Below, one piece after another: positions 7,714-17,182 of a stretch of DNA of 64,000 bases. Source of the stretch: Candidatus Woesearchaeota archaeon (GTDB lineage Archaea > Nanobdellota > Nanobdellia > Woesearchaeales > ARS49); contig JACQNC010000014.1 in assembly GCA_016203225.1 (NCBI GenBank), positions 25,653 to 89,652 of the forward strand. The letters run 5' to 3'. How positions within the stretch are numbered: the first letter of the stretch is position 1; every line of letters starts with the position of its first letter. A program made the position numbers and the translations under genes. A model generated the notes under the pieces. It had not been told where the DNA came from and ran no database searches. It was given only the letters and a program-made list of their open reading frames with translations.

Positions 7714-9780
7714 TCAAGTAGCTATGATGCTGCTCACGTGACCATCCTTCTGCACGCGAAGCACGCTATCGACCATCGATTCGATCTTGTTCTCGTGGCT
7801 GACGATGATGACTTGTTTAAGTCGCAACTGCTCGAGCACGTCGCGCACCTTGTCAAGCTGCTCTGCGCTGAAACCATCAGTCGGCTCGTCAAGGATCAAC
7901 ACATCCTTCGTCTTGATGGTGTTGATTACGTCATTTATCACCTTGTTCAACGCCAGCCGGTACGCCAGCGCGCACGCCGTCTTCTCGCCGCCTGACAGGT
8001 TCGTGACATCGACATCATACCCGTTCTGCGTGATGACCGGCGTGAACGTGTCGTCCAAACGCGCGGTCAACAACTCATCCTCGATAAGGATCCCGAACCA
8101 GCGCTGGAACAGGTCGTTGAACTCGTGATGCACGCGGGAGAGCACGTGCTTCTCCATCACGTCCATCAGGTTCGCGAAGTGGTCGGTCAGCCAGGCCTGA
8201 ACTGCCATCGTGCGCTGCAACTTCAGCTTCGCCTGCTCCTTCCGCAACAATTCTTCCCGGACGCTATCGGCGAACACTTCGATGCCCTCCAATTCTTTCA
8301 GCAGCCGTTGGTGATCAATGTCGAGGCGACGCTCGTCAGCGAGCAAGCGCTCGAACTCGAGACGCGCCTTCTTCACCTCATCCTCTGCGCCCGCCTGTGC
8401 GTCCACGAGCGAGGTCACCTCCGCGACCTTCGTGCGCAACGACTCGGCCTGTCCCGCTGCCTGGTGCCGTGTCTGTTCAAGCGTCGCAATAAGGGCTTGC
8501 CTGTCCTGCGCCGCAGAGCGTTTCGCGTTCAACAGCAGCGTCTCTGATTCCTGCCGCCGCAACGCGTCGGACTCCTGCTTCAACACGACCAATTGCGTCT
8601 CGAACTGCTCGCGCGCGGCCGCGTGCCGTCGCAGATAGTCCTCGATCCGGTGGAGTTTCTGGTTCTCGGTGAAATCGATGCGGCTCTTGTGGTCCAGCGT
8701 GACGACCTGCAGGCACGTGGGGCAGTTGCTCAGCGTCGCGATCTTTTGCTTGAGCTCATCCGAGAACTGCTTCTGTGTCTGCAGTTGCGCGACAGCAACG
8801 TGGCTCTCGCGCACGCACCGTTCAAGATCAGTGACCTGCAGTTGTTTCTGGCCGAGCGCGTGTCTTAGTTCTTCTAGAGAGACGGTCTGCTTCCGCAGAT
8901 CGGGCGCCATCGCGTCCAACTGCGCCTTTATGCCCGCGAGGTCGCGCTCGGCGCGCTGCGCGGTCTGTTCGTGGTGCGCGAGGCTCGTCTTAGCGACCTG
9001 CAATTCCTGGCGCAAGCGCTGCACGTCCTTCACCGTGTCCTCCTTCTGCTGCACGCGCTGGCGTTGCGCAGCGGTCTGTTGCCGTGCGAGCTCGAGGCTT
9101 TTCTTGACCGTCTCAGAGCGCGCCTTGGCCGACTGTGCCTCTTCCTGCTTGAGCGCCAAAACTTTCTTCTTCGCCTCCAAGTCCAGCGTGAACCCTTCCA
9201 AGTGCCTGCGCTCCTCCTTCAATTCACGGACGTAGATCGTCGCGTTCTCCTTGATACGCTTGTACTTGTCCACATCGAAAACCCTGCGCAACGTCTCGAG
9301 CCGGCCGTCCTTGTCCTCGAACAGGATGCGCTTCATCTCCTCCTGCGGCGTGAACACGGTGTAACGGAACAGCAACGCCTTGCTTTTCGACAGGAACTCC
9401 CTCGGATATCCCAACAGGTCGATCATCCATGCCTTCAATTCCTGGGCGGTGCCGTCCTTGCGGACGCCGGCGGTCTCGAGCCAGCCCGCGTCCTGTGCGA
9501 TCCGGTCCTTCTGGCGCTTCAACGCGCGATGGATGGCATACGTCTGGTCATCCAACGAGAAAGACAACTCGACGAATCCCTCGCGGCTGCCGTTCCGCAA
9601 CAACGCCGCGCCGTCCACGTCGCCACGGAGCAATCCGAACAGCGCGAATTCGATCGCGAGAAGGATGGTGGACTTTCCCGAGCCGATATCGCCCGCCAGC
9701 AGCAGGCTGCCGTCAGGGAATTCGATGTGCTGGTCGATATAGCTCCGGATATTCTTCAGCGTGAGAGATTTGAGTAACAT
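7714..9780 (-). CDS. rad50: Rad50/SbcC SMC-like ATPase
   Basis: GDIGSGKS Walker A, coiled coil with CPTC zinc hook, LSGGE signature, LILDEPT Walker B, VSH switch. Confidence 0.9.
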   Translation of the reverse strand: MLLKSLTLKNIRSYIDQHIEFPDGSLLLAGDIGSGKSTILLAIEFALFGLLRGDVDGAALLRNGSREGFVELSFSLDDQTYAIHRALKRQKDRIAQDAGWLETAGVRKDGTAQELKAWMIDLLGYPREFLSKSKALLFRYTVFTPQEEMKRILFEDKDGRLETLRRVFDVDKYKRIKENATIYVRELKEERRHLEGFTLDLEAKKKVLALKQEEAQSAKARSETVKKSLELARQQTAAQRQRVQQKEDTVKDVQRLRQELQVAKTSLAHHEQTAQRAERDLAGIKAQLDAMAPDLRKQTVSLEELRHALGQKQLQVTDLERCVRESHVAVAQLQTQKQFSDELKQKIATLSNCPTCLQVVTLDHKSRIDFTENQKLHRIEDYLRRHAAAREQFETQLVVLKQESDALRRQESETLLLNAKRSAAQDRQALIATLEQTRHQAAGQAESLRTKVAEVTSLVDAQAGAEDEVKKARLEFERLLADERRLDIDHQRLLKELEGIEVFADSVREELLRKEQAKLKLQRTMAVQAWLTDHFANLMDVMEKHVLSRVHHEFNDLFQRWFGILIEDELLTARLDDTFTPVITQNGYDVDVTNLSGGEKTACALAYRLALNKVINDVINTIKTKDVLILDEPTDGFSAEQLDKVRDVLEQLRLKQVIIVSHENKIESMVDSVLRVQKDGHVSSIIAT

Positions 9781-9840
9781 ACGCCCCTTCAGGACCACAG
9801 AAACGGCACTATATATTGTTCGTGGTGGTCGAGAATATAG

Positions 9841-10743
9841 TCACTCAAACAGGCTTGGACCGCAACGCGCTTCCAGGTCAGGCACCTTCGGCGTGCGGTT
9901 CTTCTTCTGGTTGCCGAATGCAAGCGTAGGGATCCTGCCATTCGGCAGTTGTCGCTGCAGTTCGTCCCAACTCCAGAACCGTTGTTGTCGCGCTGACAAA
10001 AAGACCGAGGGATCGATGAACTGCGCAGGCGTCCAACCCGTCGCGGCGACCCAGAGACATACTTGGGTCATGTATGGCGACAGCCCGTTTTTGGCGCCAT
10101 GCTCCGCGATTATCCGCTCACCAAGCGCGTACTGGTCAGGCCTCGGCCCCGAGGTCGTGCGGTAGTTCGGCTGCTTGAACTCCTTGTGCCCGAGATACCT
10201 AAGGAATTTCACCATCCACGTGTCTATGGGGACACCGTGCATGTAGCCGATATGGCCCCACAACATCCGCTGACCTTTGTACCATATGCCTGGGGCGGTC
10301 TCGGCGAACTTGTCACCCAGCTCGAACTCCTTCTTCTTGCCGTCATTGCAGTCCTCGACGATCATGTCAGGCATTTCCGAGCGCATCCACCAGCCCGCGA
10401 GCATCACGAGACGCTGGCGTTTCTGGTTCGGACCGTTCAGTTTGCTCAGGCAGGAACGTAACGCGAGACTGTGCCTGTCGGTCCAGAGCTTCCGCGGATC
10501 GCCGAACCCTTCAGCCAGCAGCATCGCGTACGTGCTCACGTGCATCGGATAGTCCTGGCGCGCAGCCAACACCGAGAACATAGCGCCTTGGAACAACGTC
10601 TCGGACGTGACCGGCCTTATCTGGTGCAAGGCCATGTAATCGTCAGCCCGTTTCCTGATTTCCGGAGTGAGCTCCCAGTTAGTGGCGCCGTACGAGAACT
10701 GTCTCAACCCCTTCACTTCACCCATGATCATATTTGCCTTCAT
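9841..10743 (-). CDS. Divergent HhH N-glycosylase/AP lyase (archaeal OGG2-like)
   Basis: PGIWYKG...IGY...PIDTWMVKFL resembles GIGYKEAS...IDRH of OGG2 with the catalytic Lys and Asp retained; start uncertain (10743 or 10725). Confidence 0.6.
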   Translation of the reverse strand: MKANMIMGEVKGLRQFSYGATNWELTPEIRKRADDYMALHQIRPVTSETLFQGAMFSVLAARQDYPMHVSTYAMLLAEGFGDPRKLWTDRHSLALRSCLSKLNGPNQKRQRLVMLAGWWMRSEMPDMIVEDCNDGKKKEFELGDKFAETAPGIWYKGQRMLWGHIGYMHGVPIDTWMVKFLRYLGHKEFKQPNYRTTSGPRPDQYALGERIIAEHGAKNGLSPYMTQVCLWVAATGWTPAQFIDPSVFLSARQQRFWSWDELQRQLPNGRIPTLAFGNQKKNRTPKVPDLEARCGPSLFE

Positions 10744-10882
10744 CTTCGTATAAAAGAATATCGTCAGTGTAGGCCATGATGGGATTGTCGCGCCTGTGCG
10801 CTGTTTGTCGCACAATAGGTTAAGTCCACGAATGTCTTGATACTGGAGATATGACATTACTATCGCATTTTTGGAGGATTGC

Positions 10883-11371
10883 GTGTCCTGCGGCGGGATG
10901 AGCCTGTTGGCCGAGCACGGCGGCTGCGGATGCGTGGCCGGCGTGAACAGGCATGAGGCATACAAAGGCAGCGACGGCGCCATCCCTGTCCGGAACTACG
11001 CGCGACAGTACCAAGCGCAAGAGACACCCTTGCCTCGGACGCAAGCAAGCCGCTCGTACGGTATCGAGCGCGTCTACGTCCCGGTTGTCAATGAAGGTCC
11101 GCTTGAACGCATCTACGTCGCGCCTGCAGCGACCCTCCCACTCACGACGCCCCAGCTCGCCGTCCCAATAATAGCAGCCCCAAGCACGATCGACGTAGTT
11201 GCCCAAGAATCAAGAATGCGAGCAACAGACACTGCACAGTACGATCGTCGACAATCCCTCGACGAGCTCACGAAGCTCGAAGACGTATACGTCAAGCAGC
11301 GCGTGCTGGAGCACAAGATCGCGGAAGCCTGGCGGCGTGAACCATCGGTGATGACGAATGAACGAAACTGA
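10883..11371 (+). CDS. Hypothetical protein with N-terminal Cys/Gly motifs
   Basis: GTG 10883 preceded by GGAGG; SCGG and GGCGC motifs; overlaps the AAA gene start. Confidence 0.55.
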   Translation: MSCGGMSLLAEHGGCGCVAGVNRHEAYKGSDGAIPVRNYARQYQAQETPLPRTQASRSYGIERVYVPVVNEGPLERIYVAPAATLPLTTPQLAVPIIAAPSTIDVVAQESRMRATDTAQYDRRQSLDELTKLEDVYVKQRVLEHKIAEAWRREPSVMTNERN

Positions 11372-12497
11372 CCTGATCAACAACGCAAAGCACTACATCG
11401 TGCAAGGCCAGCAGCTCGAGCGCAAGGAGCCTGAAGTGGCGCGCAAATCCTTCCTCGCGGCGGCGCACATGCTCGTCAACGCGAGCAAATCCACGACAGT
11501 GACCGAAAGCAAACAACGCTATGTCGACGTCGCGAACGCGCTGTACTGGCGCGCGCACGCCATCGAAGGAAGCGTAGTCGAGGAAGGCAGCTCCGACTCC
11601 GAGCCTGACGAACGCATCAAAAGCATGCTCATCGCCAAACCCGGGACGCGGTTCAAGGACATCGCAGGACTTTCCGACGTTAAAGACGAGATCAAACTCA
11701 AGATCATCGAACCGTTCAAGCACCCGGAGATTTTCAAGAAGTACGGCAAACGCGTCGGGGGCGGCGTGCTCATGTTCGGGCCACCCGGATGCGGAAAGTC
11801 GTTGCTCGCCGAGGCGACAGCCGGCGAGGCCGACGTTGCGTTCTTCAACGTCAAAGCTTCCGATCTGAAATCCAAATTCGTCGGAGAGACCGAGCGCAAC
11901 ATCGCGGCGCTGTTCAAAGCGGCTCGCGGTCAACCGAACGGCGCCATCATCTTCTTCGACGAGTTCGAGGCGCTCGGCGGCGAACGCGGCACGGCCGGCG
12001 CGCACGACCGCAACTTCGTGAGCCAGCTTCTCACGGAGATGGACAGCGTCGGCAACAAGGACCAGAAGATATTGCTCATCGCGGCCACGAACCTGCCCTG
12101 GAACGTCGACCTCGCGCTCAGGCGTGAAGGACGCTTCGGCGTCACGGTGTTCGTCCCTCCGCCCGACGCGGAAGCGCGCGAGCACATCCTGCAGCTGCAC
12201 CTGCGCGATAAACCTGCCGCGAAAGACATCGATCTCCACCAGTTGGCTGGACGCACCGACGGTTTTTCAGGAGCCGACATCAAAGCGTTGTGCGAATCAG
12301 CGACAGACATCCCGTTGAAGGAATACCTCGCCACGAAACGCGCGAGGGACATCACGATGGAGGATTTCAAGACCGCTTTGAGCAAACGCGTCGCCACGAC
12401 GCAGCCCTGGTTCGGCCTCGCCATCCGGAACCTCAAGCAATGCCCCGACGACGAACTCGCGAAACAGATACTCGCCCATGCTCCCTCTACTGACTAG
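11358..12497 (+). CDS. AAA ATPase with N-terminal MIT-like domain (Vps4/CdvC-like)
   Basis: Three-helix N-terminus, GPPGCGKS, SKFVGE pore loop, IIFFDE, ATNLPW...RREGRF SRH. Confidence 0.85.
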   Translation: MNETDLINNAKHYIVQGQQLERKEPEVARKSFLAAAHMLVNASKSTTVTESKQRYVDVANALYWRAHAIEGSVVEEGSSDSEPDERIKSMLIAKPGTRFKDIAGLSDVKDEIKLKIIEPFKHPEIFKKYGKRVGGGVLMFGPPGCGKSLLAEATAGEADVAFFNVKASDLKSKFVGETERNIAALFKAARGQPNGAIIFFDEFEALGGERGTAGAHDRNFVSQLLTEMDSVGNKDQKILLIAATNLPWNVDLALRREGRFGVTVFVPPPDAEAREHILQLHLRDKPAAKDIDLHQLAGRTDGFSGADIKALCESATDIPLKEYLATKRARDITMEDFKTALSKRVATTQPWFGLAIRNLKQCPDDELAKQILAHAPSTD

Positions 12498-13590
12498 CTG
12501 CTGCACCGCATCCGTTGAACGTCCCAGCACGTCGCACCCCAAGCAGGTTTGTCGCATTTCCATCGATTCCGATAATGCAAGAACGTCAATCGTGCCTGGG
12601 CACGTTCAGCAGGGGAAAGCTGACGGAGGGCGACAACTCCAAAGCGCGACATTCCTCGTCAAGTACGACTGCAACCTGAACTGCAAGTTCTGCCTGAACG
12701 ATTGGCGCGGGAAGAAGAGGCCGAATGACGAGTTGGCGTTCGAACAGCAGAAACAGGCGTTGCAGAAATTGAGGGACGCGGGCGTCCGGCACGTCACGTT
12801 CACGGGCGGCGAGCCGACATTGCATCCGCGCATCGCAGATCTCATCAGGCACGCGCATTCGCTCGGCATGACGACGCTGCTGCAGACGAACGGCACGAGG
12901 ATAACGGACGAATTCCTGCGCGCAGTTCAATCGTTCATCGGCGGCATCCAGGTATCGCTCGAGGGACTGCGCGACGAGCAGAAGGCGATCAGCCGCGTCG
13001 ACTGTTTCGACGGCATCGTCGCGAACATGAGGAAGATAAAACAGCACGGCATCAAACTTTTCACCAATTTCACGATCACCAAACTCAACAAGCACTGTCT
13101 GAAAGACTACCTCGCGCTGCTGGACGACATCGGCGTCGACGTCGCGAGCTTCACGCGACTCTATCCCGCAGGAAGAGCGATCGACAACTGGCAGGAACTG
13201 GTGATCTCTGGCGAGGAATACGCCGCGTTCTTGCGAGAGCTGAAGGAGATCGAGAAAACATCAAAAACAAGGATATACCTCGCAGGACCGACCGACACCG
13301 CGTTCCTGCTCGATAACGGTCTCGATTTCTCCGCGGCGACGTGCTCGGCAGGCAGGAACGAGATCGCCATCAACCCGAACGGAGACATCCTGCCGTGTCC
13401 GAGCTGGAACAAGCCGGTCGGAAATATAGTCAAGACGGACGTCAAAGCTGCCTGGGAGCAGGGTTTTCTCGCAGACCTCGGCGAACAGCATGACGGCACG
13501 CAGGGCTGCATGCTCGCGAGGGCCAGGAGCAAGACCGAACTCGAACCACCTGTTGTCGGTGAGCAAGCTTTAAAAGCAACCAGCCTCTGA
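12478..13590 (+). CDS. Radical SAM protein with SPASM/twitch domain (PqqE/SkfB-like)
   Basis: CNLNCKFC, FTGGEP, QTNG, CSAG...INPNGDILPC; true start uncertain (12478 or GTG 12592). Confidence 0.88.
   Translation: MLPLLTSCCTASVERPSTSHPKQVCRISIDSDNARTSIVPGHVQQGKADGGRQLQSATFLVKYDCNLNCKFCLNDWRGKKRPNDELAFEQQKQALQKLRDAGVRHVTFTGGEPTLHPRIADLIRHAHSLGMTTLLQTNGTRITDEFLRAVQSFIGGIQVSLEGLRDEQKAISRVDCFDGIVANMRKIKQHGIKLFTNFTITKLNKHCLKDYLALLDDIGVDVASFTRLYPAGRAIDNWQELVISGEEYAAFLRELKEIEKTSKTRIYLAGPTDTAFLLDNGLDFSAATCSAGRNEIAINPNGDILPCPSWNKPVGNIVKTDVKAAWEQGFLADLGEQHDGTQGCMLARARSKTELEPPVVGEQALKATSL
12538..12600. repeat. Palindromic element copy A (63 bp, internally shortened)
   Basis: CCCAAGCAGGTTTG...ACGTCAATCGTGCCTGGG. 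Confidence 0.8.
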
Positions 13591-13598
13591 TTTCGCCC

Positions 13599-14030
13599 AT
13601 GGAAGTCTGGACCATCGGTCACTCCACGCGGCAATTCGACACTTTCGTCGAAATCCTCCGCAAACACCGCATCGAGACGGTCGTCGACGTGCGCCACTTC
13701 GCGACGAGCATGCGCATGCCGTGGTTCAAGAAGGAATACCTCCAGCTGATGCTGCCGAAGTACCGCATCAACTACGTCCACGTGCCGGAGCTCGGCGGCT
13801 ACCGCAAAGGCGGATTCGCGCCGCACATGAAGACGAAGGACTTCGCGCTCGGCATGCAGCGCCTCGTCGACACCGCGCTATCCTCGCGGGCGGCCATCAT
13901 GTGCTCGGAAAGCGTGTTCTCCCGCTGCCATCGCAGATACCTCGCGGACCACCTCGCCCAGGACGGTTGGACGGTCAACCACATCTACGATGACAAACGC
14001 GTCGAGCGGCACGCGCTCACTTCACGTTGA
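13599..14030 (+). CDS. DUF488 family protein
   Basis: WTIGHS, VDVR, ELGG, IMCSE...CHR motifs. Confidence 0.9.
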   Translation: MEVWTIGHSTRQFDTFVEILRKHRIETVVDVRHFATSMRMPWFKKEYLQLMLPKYRINYVHVPELGGYRKGGFAPHMKTKDFALGMQRLVDTALSSRAAIMCSESVFSRCHRRYLADHLAQDGWTVNHIYDDKRVERHALTSR

Positions 14031-14778
14031 GCTCGAACTGCGTGCAGCCATCCGTCCGCGCGTTCTCGAGATCCTTACGCAACAGGATGAGCCTGCACGC
14101 GAGTTTGCCCAGCTCTCGTCGCGTGAGAGGTGTGAACTCGAGAAATTCATCGATTGACATCTGCCAGCCCGTCCGCACATATCTCAGTCTGAACTCCTTG
14201 ACAAGATATTCCCTGTTGGGCTCAAGATGGAGAGTTGTCCGGGCGTACGACTGACGTGTGAGTTCCTGCACGCGAGCATGGAACGCCTGCGTATGGCCCA
14301 TCACCTTGATGCTCGGCCGCGCCTTCGGGCTCGCACGCATATCCGCCAGGCGCAGCACCGAGGACTCAAGCTCGCTCCAGTAGTTCTTGATGGTCGCATC
14401 ATCCCGTGACGCGAGCTGTTCCACGACGTGGGTCGCCAACATCCCGACGTAGGTATTGATCAAGGCGTGGTTGAGGTCATTCGCGCCCGCAAGCGCGAGC
14501 ACAGGAATGCCCTTCTTCTCCGCGATCGAAGCAACCGACGCGAGATAGCGCATGCCATTCTCGGCTTCCTGCACGTTCCTGTACACCAACCCGTGCTCGA
14601 GCTCGAAGATGAACAGAAGCGGATCCTCACTGTTGAGAAAGTTGCGCGCATCACCCATCGGCTGCACCCACGCGCGATAATTCATGCGTTTCAAAAAATC
14701 GGTCCAGCGCACTTGGTTCTCCGCGTACGCGAAGACATCGGAGGTGCTGCCTTGTCTCGTCACGATGACGTCAAGCAT
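14017..14778 (-). CDS. Hypothetical protein (253 aa)
   Basis: Long ORF with host-like codon use, no recognisable motif. Confidence 0.6.
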   Translation of the reverse strand: MLDVIVTRQGSTSDVFAYAENQVRWTDFLKRMNYRAWVQPMGDARNFLNSEDPLLFIFELEHGLVYRNVQEAENGMRYLASVASIAEKKGIPVLALAGANDLNHALINTYVGMLATHVVEQLASRDDATIKNYWSELESSVLRLADMRASPKARPSIKVMGHTQAFHARVQELTRQSYARTTLHLEPNREYLVKEFRLRYVRTGWQMSIDEFLEFTPLTRRELGKLACRLILLRKDLENARTDGCTQFELNVK

Positions 14779-14869
14779 GCATCAGGGGAACAAGCACGGG
14801 TTTTTACGCTTTTCGCCGCATTTCCCACAAGCTTTAAAAAGCGCCCTCCGAACAGTCCGTACCGTTTTC

Positions 14870-14952
14870 GCGGAGGTAACGAAGCGGTCAAACGTGCCGG
14901 ATTCAGGATCCGGTGGCTTAGGCCTTCGCAGGTTCGAATCCTGCCCTCCGCA
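14870..14952 (+). tRNA. tRNA-Leu (anticodon CAG)
   Basis: GCGGAGG/CCTCCGC acceptor stem, CCGGA-TTCAGGA-TCCGG anticodon arm, long variable arm, GGTTCGAATCC T-arm, no encoded CCA; TTTAAAAA promoter at 14833. Confidence 0.95.
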
Positions 14953-15002
14953 TATTTTCCTGTGCCATAATCTTCATATAGTTGCCCCGTTCTTGGCACG
15001 GT

Positions 15003-15320
15003 GTGACCGAACCCCTTGAAACTCTTCTTGAAGGATCGTGCAAGCACCTGCACCAGAACTCGTCCCGCGTCGGCGAAGAGAGCTGCACGGTCTGGTACGA
15101 CAAAAAGGGCGTCATTTACGGCGTCGGCGCGGACAAGCCAGTCACGCCTGCGAAACTCACTACCGTTCTGCTGAAGTTTGACATCGACCATTTCTGCCCG
15201 CGCGCTGCACTTGCGAGCTGGAATGCCGGAAACGCTCACGACAAAGCGCTGGGGATGGTGCTTGCGCAAATCAAGAAATACCGCGAATCAAAAGGCTACG
15301 ACCGTAAGACTACTGTTTAA
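15003..15320 (+). CDS. Hypothetical protein (~105 aa)
   Basis: ORF between the tRNA and the ligase; start uncertain. Confidence 0.5.
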   Translation: MTEPLETLLEGSCKHLHQNSSRVGEESCTVWYDKKGVIYGVGADKPVTPAKLTTVLLKFDIDHFCPRAALASWNAGNAHDKALGMVLAQIKKYRESKGYDRKTTV

Positions 15321-17004
15321 CCATCTTCAGAATCTCTTTGACAGTCGTCGCTTCCTCCGCGGACTTGTCGGTGCGCACGCGCAGGAACCTCGGGAACCGC
15401 AACGCCAACCCGCCGGCGGCGGTGTGATTCGGCGACTTAGTGATCTCTGCGCCGAGCACTTCGATCACTAACTTAGGCTCGATCCAGACATCAGGTTTCA
15501 TGGAATCCTTGACGTCCAAACGCGCTGGCCTGTGGGGAATCCTTAGTTGCATCGCTCTCTTGTGCATCGACTTCAGTTCAGCATCCGAGAACCCTGACGC
15601 GACCTTCGTGAACGTCCCGAAACGGTCCTTCGCAGGATCGTACGCGGCGCACAGGTAGCTGCTCAGCATGCCGCCGCGCCTGCCGGTGCCGTAGAACGCG
15701 CCCACGACCACGAGATCGAACGTGTCGCGCAGCTCTTTCGTGTATTCCGGCTTCCACTTGATCCAGCGCCAGCCGCGCGTTCCGGCCTCGTACGCGCCTT
15801 TGAGATCCTTGATGACGATGCCCTCGCCGCCGTGCGCCACGACCTTGCTGAACAATTCTTCCGCGCAATCAGGATCGTTGCAGAGCGTCCTGTTCGCGAG
15901 CTTGAGCCACTTGTCAGACCTGACGATCCTTTGCAGCAATGCGTATCTTTTCTCGTATGGAATCGCGATCAAAGACTTGCCGTTCAGGAACAGCACGTCG
16001 AACGCGAACAGAACGACCGGGATCTTCAGCGCGAACTCCTCTACGCCATACTTCCTCCTGCGCGACATCAACACCTGGAACTTCAACAGCTTGCCTTTCG
16101 CATCGACAGGCATTACCTCGCTGTCGATCACGACTGACTTCGCGCGCAATCCCCTTATCTCCGCGGCGATGTCGGGGAATTGCGAAGTGATATCCTCCAA
16201 GCGTCGTGAGAAAAGCGTGACCTTCGCGCCGTCCTTGTGCGCCTGGATGCGCTCGCCGTCGTACTTCTCCTCGACAGCGAAAGGCGTCCCCATCTTTGCA
16301 GGTATCTCGGCGAGACGGTCGATCCGTTGACAGAGCATGCTCATTATCGGACGGCCCACCATGACGCCAATGCGCTTCACGGCGGGAAGACCCTTCCTCA
16401 CGAGCGTGCCCGCGATAACGCCGACATCAGGACAGATGTTGTAAGCCTGCTCTAGAACGCGCTTGTTCTCCCTCTTTCCGGTGAACGCCACCGCCAGAGC
16501 GTCGAGCACGGTCTTGTCGGCCACGCCAAGGCGCATGTTCATGAGCACGATCCTGCAAAGATATTTCGCCTCCTTCGGCGACGCATTCCGCAAAAGATTG
16601 GCGAGGATTCTGATTTTCGATTCCTGGCTTCCTGCGCCGGACGCCGCCGCGACACGGTGCAATTGGCCGAAGACTTCCTTGACGCTCAGCGCTTTCCGGC
16701 GCCTGCCGACAAGACGTTCAGCAACGAGTCCCGGATCGCCTGTTTGCTTGAACAGCTTCATGACCTGCGCGCGCTCGGTGCCAGACGCTTCCGCGATCGA
16801 GCGCAACACCATCCTCCAGCCAAGCCCCAAGTTGACGTCCGCGTAATCCGAAGAGATGTTGCCGAGCGTCAGGTACGTGACGCGCTCGACCTCATCCTTC
16901 GGGATGTTCTTGAAGAACGAAGACAATATCTCGCGAAGCCTGTTCCCGGAGCTCGTCGCCTCTAGTCCTTCATACAGGTCCGCGAGCCGTCCGAAACTCA
17001 CCAT
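15310..17004 (-). CDS. lig: ATP-dependent DNA ligase
   Basis: EKYDGER, EGIVIK, WIKWK, DLVVVGA, LRFPRF motifs. Confidence 0.96.
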   Translation of the reverse strand: MVSFGRLADLYEGLEATSSGNRLREILSSFFKNIPKDEVERVTYLTLGNISSDYADVNLGLGWRMVLRSIAEASGTERAQVMKLFKQTGDPGLVAERLVGRRRKALSVKEVFGQLHRVAAASGAGSQESKIRILANLLRNASPKEAKYLCRIVLMNMRLGVADKTVLDALAVAFTGKRENKRVLEQAYNICPDVGVIAGTLVRKGLPAVKRIGVMVGRPIMSMLCQRIDRLAEIPAKMGTPFAVEEKYDGERIQAHKDGAKVTLFSRRLEDITSQFPDIAAEIRGLRAKSVVIDSEVMPVDAKGKLLKFQVLMSRRRKYGVEEFALKIPVVLFAFDVLFLNGKSLIAIPYEKRYALLQRIVRSDKWLKLANRTLCNDPDCAEELFSKVVAHGGEGIVIKDLKGAYEAGTRGWRWIKWKPEYTKELRDTFDLVVVGAFYGTGRRGGMLSSYLCAAYDPAKDRFGTFTKVASGFSDAELKSMHKRAMQLRIPHRPARLDVKDSMKPDVWIEPKLVIEVLGAEITKSPNHTAAGGLALRFPRFLRVRTDKSAEEATTVKEILKMVKQ

Positions 17005-17077
17005 CTTTCGGTGGACGATTGCGTTGACGCGTTAAAAAACTTGCTCCTAGCATACGTTGCAGTCCTGCGCTGTGCTC

Positions 17078-17148
17078 CCCAAGCACGATTGACGTGGCTC
17101 TATCGCAACCGATTCGAAAGCAGAAATGTAGCTGCCAACCTGCCTGGG
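17078..17148. repeat. Palindromic element copy B (71 bp)
   Basis: CCCAAGCACGATTGACGT...CCAACCTGCCTGGG. Confidence 0.88.
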
Positions 17149-17182
17149 GAGTAATGCGGGGAACGGGCCGAAGTGCGTATCC

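Noticed and set aside
7714-9780. Rad50 without an adjacent Mre11 as a novel SMC defence system
   Set aside because: Canonical zinc-hook Rad50 motifs and no Wadjet/Lamassu-type neighbours; the partner is probably encoded elsewhere.
14870-15320. tRNA-Leu as an integration site
   Set aside because: No duplicated 3' end or integrase is seen downstream.
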